64,000 bases of DNA from a virus, in the IMG/VR virus record IMGVR_UViG_3300015371_000001, positions 32,001-96,000 of that record; one strand, 5' to 3'. This document shows positions 27,355-35,086 of this stretch, piece after piece. Every line of letters starts with the position of its first letter. Positions within the stretch are counted from its first letter, which is position 1. The translations under genes and the position numbers were made by a program. A model generated the notes under the pieces. The model saw only the letters and a program-made list of their open reading frames with translations, made no database searches and was not told the origin of the DNA.

Positions 27355-27508
27355 CTGGTTTTGCGCCAAATGCATCCTCCTCGATGCGGAGGAGCTTCGA
27401 GACCGGTATGGCGACCAGAGCCCGTTTCCCGCACGTCGCGCGATCACGGTCTGGAAGGGCACGGCCTTGTGCGGGGAGCATCTTGTCCGTGAGGAGTCGG
27501 ATGAGTGA
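27347..27508 (+). CDS. Small zinc-finger protein (53 aa, MSDWFCAKC...GTALCGEH)
   Basis: Overlaps the flanking genes; C2-CH motif similar to 28532-28783. Confidence 0.55.
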   Translation: MSDWFCAKCILLDAEELRDRYGDQSPFPARRAITVWKGTALCGEHLVREESDE

Positions 27509-27833
27509 GCAAGGTCCTTCCCCCGAAGGGGGAAGGAGTGATCAGACCGATGCCAAGATGCTCGCAGCGGCGCATGGGTACTACGACGGGCTGAGCGGCG
27601 AGAAGAAGCAGTTGGTCGACTGGCACATGGCGTCCGGTGAGGCTCAGAAGGTCAGCCGGTTGCTCTGGGAGGCTCGCGAGATCGCCTCGATGTACTACGA
27701 CGTAATCAAGAAGCGGACCGGGCTGAACGATCATTACTCCTCGCGTCTGATTCGTCAGATCGATGCGTACCGGGCGCTGAAGGGCTGGAGCCCGGACGGA
27801 TTCGGAGGAGAGGGTCCAGATGGGCATGAATGA
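27501..27833 (+). CDS. Hypothetical protein
   Basis: GAGGAG SD and ATG at 27501; ends GWSPDGFGGE. Confidence 0.6.
   Translation: MSEQGPSPEGGRSDQTDAKMLAAAHGYYDGLSGEKKQLVDWHMASGEAQKVSRLLWEAREIASMYYDVIKKRTGLNDHYSSRLIRQIDAYRALKGWSPDGFGGEGPDGHE
27515..27537 (+). repeat. 10-bp-stem hairpin with GAA triloop (copy 1)
   Basis: TCCTTCCCCC-GAA-GGGGGAAGGA. Confidence 0.7.
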
Positions 27834-28146
27834 CGCGACCGAGTACGCCTGGTCGACGCTGAGTTTCTGGTGGCGGGTCCTGGCGGTCGTCTTGATCGTG
27901 GTGCCGGTCGGCGTGCTGGGGTTCGGCATGATCCAGGCGACCTACTACGACGAGTACGACTGGTTGATCGGCGGCGTGATCCTTTACCTCGCGGTGGTCG
28001 CCGCAATGATGTCGCTCGGGTTCAGGATGGCGATGAGGGAGCTTGCCAAGCTGAAGAAGGAGCACGATGACCTGGTTGGGCGACGAGATCGAGCGGGCCA
28101 GGGTCCGGAGACACATTCTGAGCGAGATGAGACGGACGATGCCTAA
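27826..28146 (+). CDS. Two-TM membrane protein
   Basis: Two hydrophobic helices. Confidence 0.65.
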   Translation: MNDATEYAWSTLSFWWRVLAVVLIVVPVGVLGFGMIQATYYDEYDWLIGGVILYLAVVAAMMSLGFRMAMRELAKLKKEHDDLVGRRDRAGQGPETHSERDETDDA

Positions 28147-28495
28147 ACACGACCCAACCGGTGACCCGACGCCGAGCTTTGAACACGCGACGCCGTTGCA
28201 GCCGCGACCGGGCGGATACGACCCGAGGCCGGATCTGGCGCAGTTCCCCAAGCCCAGGGACTACGAGTTGGCGATCCAGCAGAAGCAGCGGATCGATGCG
28301 CTGCGGGCTGCCAAGGAGATCCTGGGGCCGGACGCTGACGTGGTCGACCTCCACACGGTGGCCGAGTACATCCTGAAGGGAGGCGACCCGTGGTCAGGGG
28401 CCAAGGCTCTCCCGAAGGCGCTGCCTGAGCCGACCTATGAGCAGATGTCAGACCCAACCCGGATTCAGCCTCACCTCAAAGACAACGAGACGTAG
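28067..28495 (+). CDS. Hypothetical protein
   Basis: AAGGAG SD; RIDALRAA..VAEYILKG. Confidence 0.65.
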   Translation: MTWLGDEIERARVRRHILSEMRRTMPKHDPTGDPTPSFEHATPLQPRPGGYDPRPDLAQFPKPRDYELAIQQKQRIDALRAAKEILGPDADVVDLHTVAEYILKGGDPWSGAKALPKALPEPTYEQMSDPTRIQPHLKDNET

Positions 28496-28496
28496 G

Positions 28497-28519
28497 TCCT
28501 TTCCCCGAAGGGGAAAGGA
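28497..28519 (+). repeat. 10-bp-stem hairpin with GAA triloop (copy 2)
   Basis: TCCTTTCCCC-GAA-GGGGAAAGGA; one compensatory base-pair change relative to copy 1. Confidence 0.7.
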
Positions 28520-28531
28520 GGGAGTGTCATC

Positions 28532-28783
28532 ATGGCTGATTCACCTCACAAGTCCGAACACCACACCTGGCCGACCGTGTTCTGGTGCTGGGTCTGTGCC
28601 ATCGAGACGCCGCATGACATCGAGCCCGGTGAGTACCTAGTAAGTGGGCACGCGCTTTGTTACACCCACATGCGTCAGCGCGGCGAGGTGACTGAGCGGC
28701 GGGGCTGGAAGGCCAAGGACGAGGAGAAGGACGATGTGGGTTACCGGACACATCCTCAGGTCACTCAGGGCAACGGACCGTAG
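28532..28783 (+). CDS. Small zinc-finger protein
   Basis: WCWVC...GHALCYTH. Confidence 0.6.
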   Translation: MADSPHKSEHHTWPTVFWCWVCAIETPHDIEPGEYLVSGHALCYTHMRQRGEVTERRGWKAKDEEKDDVGYRTHPQVTQGNGP

Positions 28784-29131
28784 ATGATGGCCAAGCAGAA
28801 GTTGTCGTCTCGTCTCCCCGAGATCCTGGACGAGACGACGCACTACGAACCTCTGGACTACGTCGAGCCGGATGAGCCACCGACCGACGAGGACCTGTCA
28901 GGCCGTAGGGACGCGCTCTATCGGTTCTGGGCGGATCTCAACGCGATGATCCCGGATCGGGAGTACTGGAGCCCGCCGATCTTCAAGTGTCGTCGGTGCG
29001 GAGCCGGGGTCGAGGACCGGTTCACGCACTACCGGTGGCATCTGAGCAACGTCGAGCAGGCAGCGCGCACCATCGTCATGCACGAGACGGTGACGGCGCT
29101 GTGGGGAGGCCAAGATGGACAAGTGTCCTGA
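28784..29131 (+). CDS. C2H2-like zinc-finger protein
   Basis: CRRCGAGVEDRFTHYRWH. Confidence 0.65.
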   Translation: MMAKQKLSSRLPEILDETTHYEPLDYVEPDEPPTDEDLSGRRDALYRFWADLNAMIPDREYWSPPIFKCRRCGAGVEDRFTHYRWHLSNVEQAARTIVMHETVTALWGGQDGQVS

Positions 29132-29261
29132 GTGTGAGTTGACCAGCGGCATGTACCAGGGCTTCAAGGGTGTGTGGTGTTGCGACAACTGTGGTTGGTA
29201 CGAGGGCAAGGAGGCAGACGTGGCGAAGCCGGAGCTTCGAGAGCCAGAGATCCGTCCGTGA
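29115..29261 (+). CDS. Small zinc-ribbon protein (48 aa, MDKCPEC...CDNC)
   Basis: GGAGG SD; two CxxC motifs. Confidence 0.55.
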   Translation: MDKCPECELTSGMYQGFKGVWCCDNCGWYEGKEADVAKPELREPEIRP

Positions 29262-29488
29262 TCGACCGCGAGACCGAGGTAGCGGTCATCAAAGCGGCGG
29301 ACGAGCTATCGGACGCGGTTGCGGCGGCGATGGCGTTCGCGACGCAGTACGACGGGAAGGCGTATCACACCGGCCACCTTCAGCGAGCGTTGGTCGAGTG
29401 GGTCGAGACGCGCTACGAGCTAAAGCAGCCAGATCAACAGCAAGATGACCACCACGACCAGGATGATCCCACCAATAGTCATGGGTAG
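29258..29488 (+). CDS. Hypothetical protein
   Basis: GTGA overlap with the upstream stop. Confidence 0.5.
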   Translation: MIDRETEVAVIKAADELSDAVAAAMAFATQYDGKAYHTGHLQRALVEWVETRYELKQPDQQQDDHHDQDDPTNSHG

Positions 29489-29512
29489 CCTGTACCCAGG
29501 AGGCAGCACTTC

Positions 29513-29893
29513 ATGAGCCAGACCGAGCTTGCCGATGGCAACCCGATGAAGCCCAAGCGGGAGACCGTCTTTACCGATTGGCCGTCGACCTACGCCGATG
29601 TCGAGCGGTGGTACCAGGTCATGGTCCGGGCCGTGACCGACGGCTCGCCGTTGGAGTACATCCGCTCCATCGAGGACACGACACAGCTTCAAGATTTGGT
29701 GTTCTTGATGGCGATGCTCGGCAAGGGGTTCTTCGAAAAGGAGGCGAAGAATGCCGAGATCGACGCCAAGACGTTGCTGTCGATGATGAAGGGCTTCCTG
29801 CTGGTCGAGTTGAAGGAAGCCGAGGAGAAGATCGAGTCCGGCGAGATGACCGGCGATCAGATTTTGGCGGACTTGAAGCGGAGGTTTGGATGA
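29513..29893 (+). CDS. Hypothetical protein
   Basis: AGGAGGCAGC SD; helical 126 aa. Confidence 0.7.
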   Translation: MSQTELADGNPMKPKRETVFTDWPSTYADVERWYQVMVRAVTDGSPLEYIRSIEDTTQLQDLVFLMAMLGKGFFEKEAKNAEIDAKTLLSMMKGFLLVELKEAEEKIESGEMTGDQILADLKRRFG

Positions 29894-29948
29894 GAGTCCT
29901 TCTACGAGCCCGACGGTGGTTCGTCCGCAAGATCCTACGGAGGCAGTG

Positions 29949-30527
29949 ATGTTTCTGGACGAGACCAAGTGCAACTGCGGCACGTTCGACGGTGGTCACC
30001 CCGGCGACTGTGCCGGATGGACCGACGACCGGACGCCGTATGAGTTCGGTGTCATCGAGCCGTTGTCTGGCGAGGGGCCGGATCGGTTCTGTACGTACTG
30101 CGGCGACATCGCCGTGACGGTGGAGCGGATCACGGTCGCCAACGACCCGATGGGCCGTCTCTACCTTCGTTGCCAGACGCACACGGCGCTGCGAGAGGGC
30201 CAGAACGTCAGGGTGACGTTCTGGAACTATCGAGTGACCCGAGAGGTTGTTGGCGGCGAGGACGTGTATGCGGTCCGGGAGTTCTACTACGAGAACGATG
30301 AGATCAAGGCGTGGTCGGTGGACCCGAAGGGACCGCGCGGCGACACCTACGTTGAGCTTGTGACCGACTACACCATGTTCGCGGCGGCGTTCAACCACCC
30401 GACGCTGGACATCACCGATGCCAAGAGGCCGTCGGACATCATCGAGATTCCGCTGGAGCAGTCTCGTGAAGCAGCCAGGGCTGAGTTCGTGCAGGCGCTC
30501 CAGGACCACGGCACCTTTTGTGATTGA
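29949..30527 (+). CDS. Hypothetical protein (zinc finger plus WNYRV domain)
   Basis: GGAGGCAG SD; CTYCG..CQTH; TFWNYRV..YAVREFYY. Confidence 0.65.
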   Translation: MFLDETKCNCGTFDGGHPGDCAGWTDDRTPYEFGVIEPLSGEGPDRFCTYCGDIAVTVERITVANDPMGRLYLRCQTHTALREGQNVRVTFWNYRVTREVVGGEDVYAVREFYYENDEIKAWSVDPKGPRGDTYVELVTDYTMFAAAFNHPTLDITDAKRPSDIIEIPLEQSREAARAEFVQALQDHGTFCD

Positions 30528-30662
30528 GTTGCCTGTGTAGTGAAACACCGTGAGGACCCTCCTCTGTCCTGGCACATGCTGGGGTTCTTCCTCCTCGGGG
30601 TCCTCGTGGTCACACCGGCCATGTGCTGGGCTCTGGTCCATTTCTTCGGATAGAGGAGGAGT

Positions 30663-31895
30663 ATGAAGATCATCGTGGAGGCCCCGCTGTCCACGTTCTC
30701 GGGCTACGGGAACGATGGCATCGGGATGATCATGGCGCTGGTGCAGATGGGCCATGACGTGTACCTGGAGCCGAAGGTCGTGCAGCCGCCGCTCCCGACC
30801 GAGGTCGCTGAGCTACTGACGAAACCTCTGGCTTCCCCGTTTGATCTCGCCATTCACCACGTAGATCCTGGCCAGCTTGGCTTCGAGCAGCCGGAAGCAC
30901 CGGCCAAGGCCCAAGCCGCCGAGGTGAACGTCGGTTGGACGATGTGGGAGTACTCCACCTTGGACAACCTGCCGGGACGGAGCCTGGTACGGGACCGGTG
31001 GAAGTACTTCGACGCGATCTTGTGCTACGACGATGTCACTGCTGGAGCTTTGGACCCCAGAGTTGGTCGTTACGTGGACGTGACCAAAGACGAGCAGGGC
31101 TACCTGCACCAGACGACCACTAAGGAGGAGGTGAAGTTCCCCGTCCTCCAGGGCGGTTACTGGCCGAGTCGATGGCCGCACGTCGACCGTGATTGGTTCG
31201 GCGACCGGTTCGGCTTCTGCATGATTGGGATGCTCCACGAGCGCAAGGACCCGTTCACCGCGATCAACGCCTTTGCTGAGTTGAAGCGTGAGAAGGGTGC
31301 GGAGTTCGAGGGAGCCGAACTACATCTCAAGACGCAGTCGCCGGGGCTTCATCCTCAGATGGAGAAGATCTACCCCAAGGTCAGGGTTCACTATGTCAAC
31401 TGGACCACGGACAAGCTGCGAGCCTTCATGTCGTTCCAGCACTGCCTCCTCGCGCCGAGCCGGGGCGAGGGCAAGAACATGCCCGCGCTGGAGTTCATGT
31501 CGACGGGCGGGACCGCCATCGCCACAGCCTGGGGCGGGCACACGCAGTGGCTCAACCCGGAGTACTCGCTGGGGATCGACTACACCTTGGCTCCGGTGTC
31601 GGGTGGCAAGTACCCCAACTGTATGAACGCTCGCGCGTCCAAGGACCACCTCAAGGAGTTGATGTGGCGGGTCTACTCCGACCGGCAGTACGCCAAGAAG
31701 CTGGGCGACAACGCCGCCAGGGCGATTCCCAACTCTCACAGTTGGACGAACGTCATGGAGCGGTTCTTCCTGCGGCTCAAGGACGAGATCACGTTCAAGG
31801 ACAAGGGTCGTGCGCTGTACGAGAAGCATGTGGCGACCAAGTCGGAGGCACAGAGGGAGTCCGAATGGCAGCGCCAGACGCCAGTGAGCTACTGA
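30663..31895 (+). CDS. Glycosyltransferase (GT-B, family 4-like)
   Basis: SGYGN N-terminus, HERKD, PSRGEGKNMPALEFMSTG. Confidence 0.85.
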   Translation: MKIIVEAPLSTFSGYGNDGIGMIMALVQMGHDVYLEPKVVQPPLPTEVAELLTKPLASPFDLAIHHVDPGQLGFEQPEAPAKAQAAEVNVGWTMWEYSTLDNLPGRSLVRDRWKYFDAILCYDDVTAGALDPRVGRYVDVTKDEQGYLHQTTTKEEVKFPVLQGGYWPSRWPHVDRDWFGDRFGFCMIGMLHERKDPFTAINAFAELKREKGAEFEGAELHLKTQSPGLHPQMEKIYPKVRVHYVNWTTDKLRAFMSFQHCLLAPSRGEGKNMPALEFMSTGGTAIATAWGGHTQWLNPEYSLGIDYTLAPVSGGKYPNCMNARASKDHLKELMWRVYSDRQYAKKLGDNAARAIPNSHSWTNVMERFFLRLKDEITFKDKGRALYEKHVATKSEAQRESEWQRQTPVSY

Positions 31896-32179
31896 TGGAT
31901 CGTCAAGAGTGCGGTCCTTGGTGTCCGGTCTGCCACATTCTTCGGCCTGCTGATGGGATCGCCCGTTCGGAGTACTGGATCTCGCTGACCAGTCGGCTCA
32001 ATGAGTCGGCGATGTGCTGCCACACCATCTGTCGGTACTGCGTGGCGAAGGTCCGGAAGGACGGCGGCTATAAGCACTGGAAGATCGCATCGGTCAGTGA
32101 TCTCAAGTGGCCGATGGTTGCGGAGGCCGACGGCAAGAAGTTTGAGTACCAGGCGATAGCGATTGAGCCGGTGTCATGA
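31895..32179 (+). CDS. Cys-rich hypothetical protein
   Basis: TGATG coupling; CPVC, CRYC. Confidence 0.55.
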   Translation: MDRQECGPWCPVCHILRPADGIARSEYWISLTSRLNESAMCCHTICRYCVAKVRKDGGYKHWKIASVSDLKWPMVAEADGKKFEYQAIAIEPVS

Positions 32180-32466
32180 CCGGCTGGATCATCGCGCTCA
32201 TCATCGGCCTCGGGTTCTACTGGATCACGATTAGGGACGAGGATGAGTGGCCACCGACGGTCAAGGACGCTTGGCGGTTGATGGTTTGGTACTGCTGGCT
32301 GCTCTGGATTCCGACGCTCGTCCTGGAGTACGTGGGCCCGTGGCAGGGACCGATGCACCTGATTCACGGTGTGCTCACTATGCCGTACCTCTTGCTCATC
32401 GCGGTGTACTTGTACTACTGGATCGACTGGCGGCTCCAGCGTCGTCACCGAAAGGAAATCTCATGA
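32176..32466 (+). CDS. Three-TM membrane protein
   Basis: Hydrophobic, Trp-rich helices; ATGA overlap. Confidence 0.65.
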   Translation: MTGWIIALIIGLGFYWITIRDEDEWPPTVKDAWRLMVWYCWLLWIPTLVLEYVGPWQGPMHLIHGVLTMPYLLLIAVYLYYWIDWRLQRRHRKEIS

Positions 32467-32945
32467 GCGATCTGTATGAGCCGAACCACTACGCGAAGAT
32501 CACCGAGGCGGTAGTCGACGCAACTCCACCGGAGCGAGTGCTGAACGCGCTGGGGCTCGATGACGGCAACACGGTGATCCGACGGGTCCGCACCAAGTAC
32601 CAGGACAACGGTACGGCGAAGCATTCGCTCATCGAGCAGTCGGTCTCTTGGTTCCCGACCGACTACGGGGAGAAGGCTCCGAAGCTGTTGACGACCGACC
32701 GCATCCGGGAGGGGACCTACCGCTACCTTGCCGACGCGCTCGACGTTCGGCTGTCGAAGGTGACTCACATCTTCGAGACGGACCTGGCGACTGAGTCGGA
32801 GGCTGACACGCTGGGGCTCTATCACGGAGTCTCCCGAGCGAATCTGCCGGTGACCCCCGAGATCGTCCGTGGCCGACACCTGTTCGAGACCGACCAGGGC
32901 CGTGTCATCGAGTTCGGTGAGTCGATCTCCTCGAACGAGCTATGA
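32463..32945 (+). CDS. Stand-alone UTRA-like domain (GntR/HutC effector domain, no HTH)
   Basis: PPERVLNALGL..VIRRVR..SWFP..GTYRYL..LATESEADTLGL..DQGRVIEFGES pattern. Confidence 0.6.
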   Translation: MSDLYEPNHYAKITEAVVDATPPERVLNALGLDDGNTVIRRVRTKYQDNGTAKHSLIEQSVSWFPTDYGEKAPKLLTTDRIREGTYRYLADALDVRLSKVTHIFETDLATESEADTLGLYHGVSRANLPVTPEIVRGRHLFETDQGRVIEFGESISSNEL

Positions 32946-32966
32946 GGTAGCTCCGATAATTTCTGC

Positions 32967-33212
32967 GTGTCCGTAGATGCGCTTGAGGTGACGCCGGTCA
33001 GGTGTCCTAATGAGGATCTACGGAAGTTGATGTTTCAGGTCCGGTTCAACGGCGAGAAGCCGCGATACGTGGACGGCCTGGAGATCGAGTTGGCCTGTGA
33101 TGACTGCAAGCGGCTCTACCGACGGCAGGGGATGACCGTCAAGCGCGTACTCCATCGGTTCAACGTGCTCGGGGAGTGTACGGAGACCGTGATTGTCCGC
33201 GCCGGTCGTTGA
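32967..33212 (+). CDS. Small zinc-binding protein
   Basis: VRCP..IELACDDC; CCGATAA lies 7 nt upstream of the GTG. Confidence 0.65.
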   Translation: MSVDALEVTPVRCPNEDLRKLMFQVRFNGEKPRYVDGLEIELACDDCKRLYRRQGMTVKRVLHRFNVLGECTETVIVRAGR

Positions 33213-33368
33213 CGACGACCCTGGCGACGAGGGGCTGTGGAGCCTCCTCGTAGAGGACGACATTTACGACGCAGATGTGGCCGCTTCCCTCGGGGAGGCT
33301 GAGACCCCGAACCGATGATCCTTCCAGACGAGATCAAGTCTGACCTCTCGCCTGTGAAGGAGATGTAG

Positions 33369-33944
33369 ATGGCGACCACGACTTTTGAGGGTTTCAGCAT
33401 CAGCCATGCTGCGATCCTCAACGGCACGACCGGCGCTGAGGAGACCTGGGGCGACATCTACGGCGTGCGCCAGGGCAGCCTTGAGATCGACTCGGACTCG
33501 TACGACAACACGGGTGACGACGCGGTCCTTTCGACCTGGTTCTGGTTCAACTTCGCGAACGTCACGATCCAGGGCGGTTACGTCCCGTTCGTGACGATGG
33601 CGAACCTGGCTGGTTCCACGGTCACCTCCTCCGGTACGGCCCCCAACGACTACTACAGCCTCCCGCTGTGGAACGAGGGTTCGCTGAACACCTCGCGGCG
33701 TCCCATGCTGGTCCGGGTGCCGTCGAAGGACAGCGCGGGCGTTGTCCGAACCCTTGACTTCGTGCTCTACAACGTGAGCTTCCAGCCGTTCAGCTTCGAC
33801 GGACCGACCTACAAGGACGGTCTGCTTCTGAACTACACCGGACGAGCCCTGATGTCGAGCACCAACGAGCGCGGCCAGGCTCTCTCTGAGCGCGCTATCG
33901 GTCGACTGATCAACCGTCCTTCGGGCACCACCGGAATCTTCTAA
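33369..33944 (+). CDS. Major tail (tube) protein
   Basis: 191 aa, beta-rich, AAGGAG SD; directly upstream of the tail chaperone and tape measure. Confidence 0.75.
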   Translation: MATTTFEGFSISHAAILNGTTGAEETWGDIYGVRQGSLEIDSDSYDNTGDDAVLSTWFWFNFANVTIQGGYVPFVTMANLAGSTVTSSGTAPNDYYSLPLWNEGSLNTSRRPMLVRVPSKDSAGVVRTLDFVLYNVSFQPFSFDGPTYKDGLLLNYTGRALMSSTNERGQALSERAIGRLINRPSGTTGIF

Positions 33945-33977
33945 TCCCTAGCCCCCTGAGGGCAGAAGGAGAGTCGC

Positions 33978-34682
33978 ATGACGACCAGAACCGAGGACTA
34001 CACCGGTCCGAGCAAGCCCGACGGCGAGCCGGTCGACCCGAAGGCTCCGGAGCACGATCCCGAGGACACTCCTCAGGACGATCCGGACACGGTTGCCCCC
34101 GTTTCACCGTCGGAGCCAGGGCCGACGCAGCCTGGCAAGGGCGATGAGGACAAGCAGCAGGTCGGCGTAGGCCGGGAGATGGACGCCATCGTCCCCATCT
34201 CGCCGATTGTGACGCTGTCCAACGGCACTGACGTGGAGGTTGTGCGGCTCAAGACGCGGGAGTTCTTCCGGCTCATGCGGATCATCACCCACGGCGCTCT
34301 GCCGTCGCTGATGTCCATGCAGGTCGACTTCGAGATCGAGGACGACCAGTTCATGCAGCGGCTCCTCTCGATCATCGTCATGGCTATCCCGGACTCGGAG
34401 AACGAGTCCATCGAGTTCATTCAGTCGGTCGTAGAGCCGACCGGGCTGATCGAGGGCAAGAAGCTGACCAAGACGCAGATCGAACACAACCTCCAGCGCC
34501 GGATCGATCTTCAGGAGATCCTGGCCAACCCTCCCATCGATGACACCTTGACGATCATCACCAAGGTGGTCGAGCAGGAGGCGGAGGACATTCAGGGCTT
34601 GGGAAAAAAGCTGCGGGCGATGTGGGACATGGCCCGAAAGACGGTCCAGACCCAAGACAAGAACGAGCAGAGCGAGAGCTAG
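33978..34682 (+). CDS. Tail assembly chaperone (G)
   Basis: Lies between major tail and tape measure; contains a G GGA AAA slippery site. Confidence 0.8.
   Translation: MTTRTEDYTGPSKPDGEPVDPKAPEHDPEDTPQDDPDTVAPVSPSEPGPTQPGKGDEDKQQVGVGREMDAIVPISPIVTLSNGTDVEVVRLKTREFFRLMRIITHGALPSLMSMQVDFEIEDDQFMQRLLSIIVMAIPDSENESIEFIQSVVEPTGLIEGKKLTKTQIEHNLQRRIDLQEILANPPIDDTLTIITKVVEQEAEDIQGLGKKLRAMWDMARKTVQTQDKNEQSES
34601..34609 (+). other. -1 programmed ribosomal frameshift site GGGAAAAAA
   Basis: In-frame G GGA AAA; the -1 frame is open to 35086. Confidence 0.85.
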
Positions 34683-35086
34683 CCGCGCTGGACCCTGGAC
34701 GGCTGGCTGGAGGACTCGCCAGAGCCTTCGACCTGATCGAGAAGGAGTACGGATGGTCCGACGATCAGGTGCTCGACCTGACGCTCCGGCGCATCCGGCA
34801 GATCCAGGCCGCGATCTTCCAGCGGCAGTACGTCGAGACGCGGCAACGTCGCTCAGAGATGTCCTGGCAGACGCGAATGTTGGCACAGATCATTGCTGCT
34901 GCTATGTCCGAGGCCGACAAGGAAGGCAACAACCCGCTCGGCGACATTGCAGCCGGACTGGACATGGACTTCCCAAGCACACCCGATGAGGTCAAGCAGA
35001 ACCGGAAGGAGGCTCCGCCGCCCGAGCCCAAGGCGGGGTCCTTCGAGAGGTTGATGGGCATGATGGGCCGGAACCTGGAGCAGTAG
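34601..35086 (+). CDS. Tail assembly chaperone frameshift extension (GT)
   Basis: -1 frame with YGWSDDQVLDLTLRR motif; ends immediately before the tape measure start. Confidence 0.75.
   Translation, partial: GKKAAGDVGHGPKDGPDPRQERAERELAALDPGRLAGGLARAFDLIEKEYGWSDDQVLDLTLRRIRQIQAAIFQRQYVETRQRRSEMSWQTRMLAQIIAAAMSEADKEGNNPLGDIAAGLDMDFPSTPDEVKQNRKEAPPPEPKAGSFERLMGMMGRNLEQ

Noticed and set aside
27351-27500. N-terminal extension of ORF 27351-27833
   Set aside because: Better explained by a 53-aa zinc-finger gene in another frame plus an SD-led ATG at 27501
34601-34609. Tail chaperone frameshift as a novel finding
   Set aside because: A well-known feature of long-tailed phages; listed as a feature only
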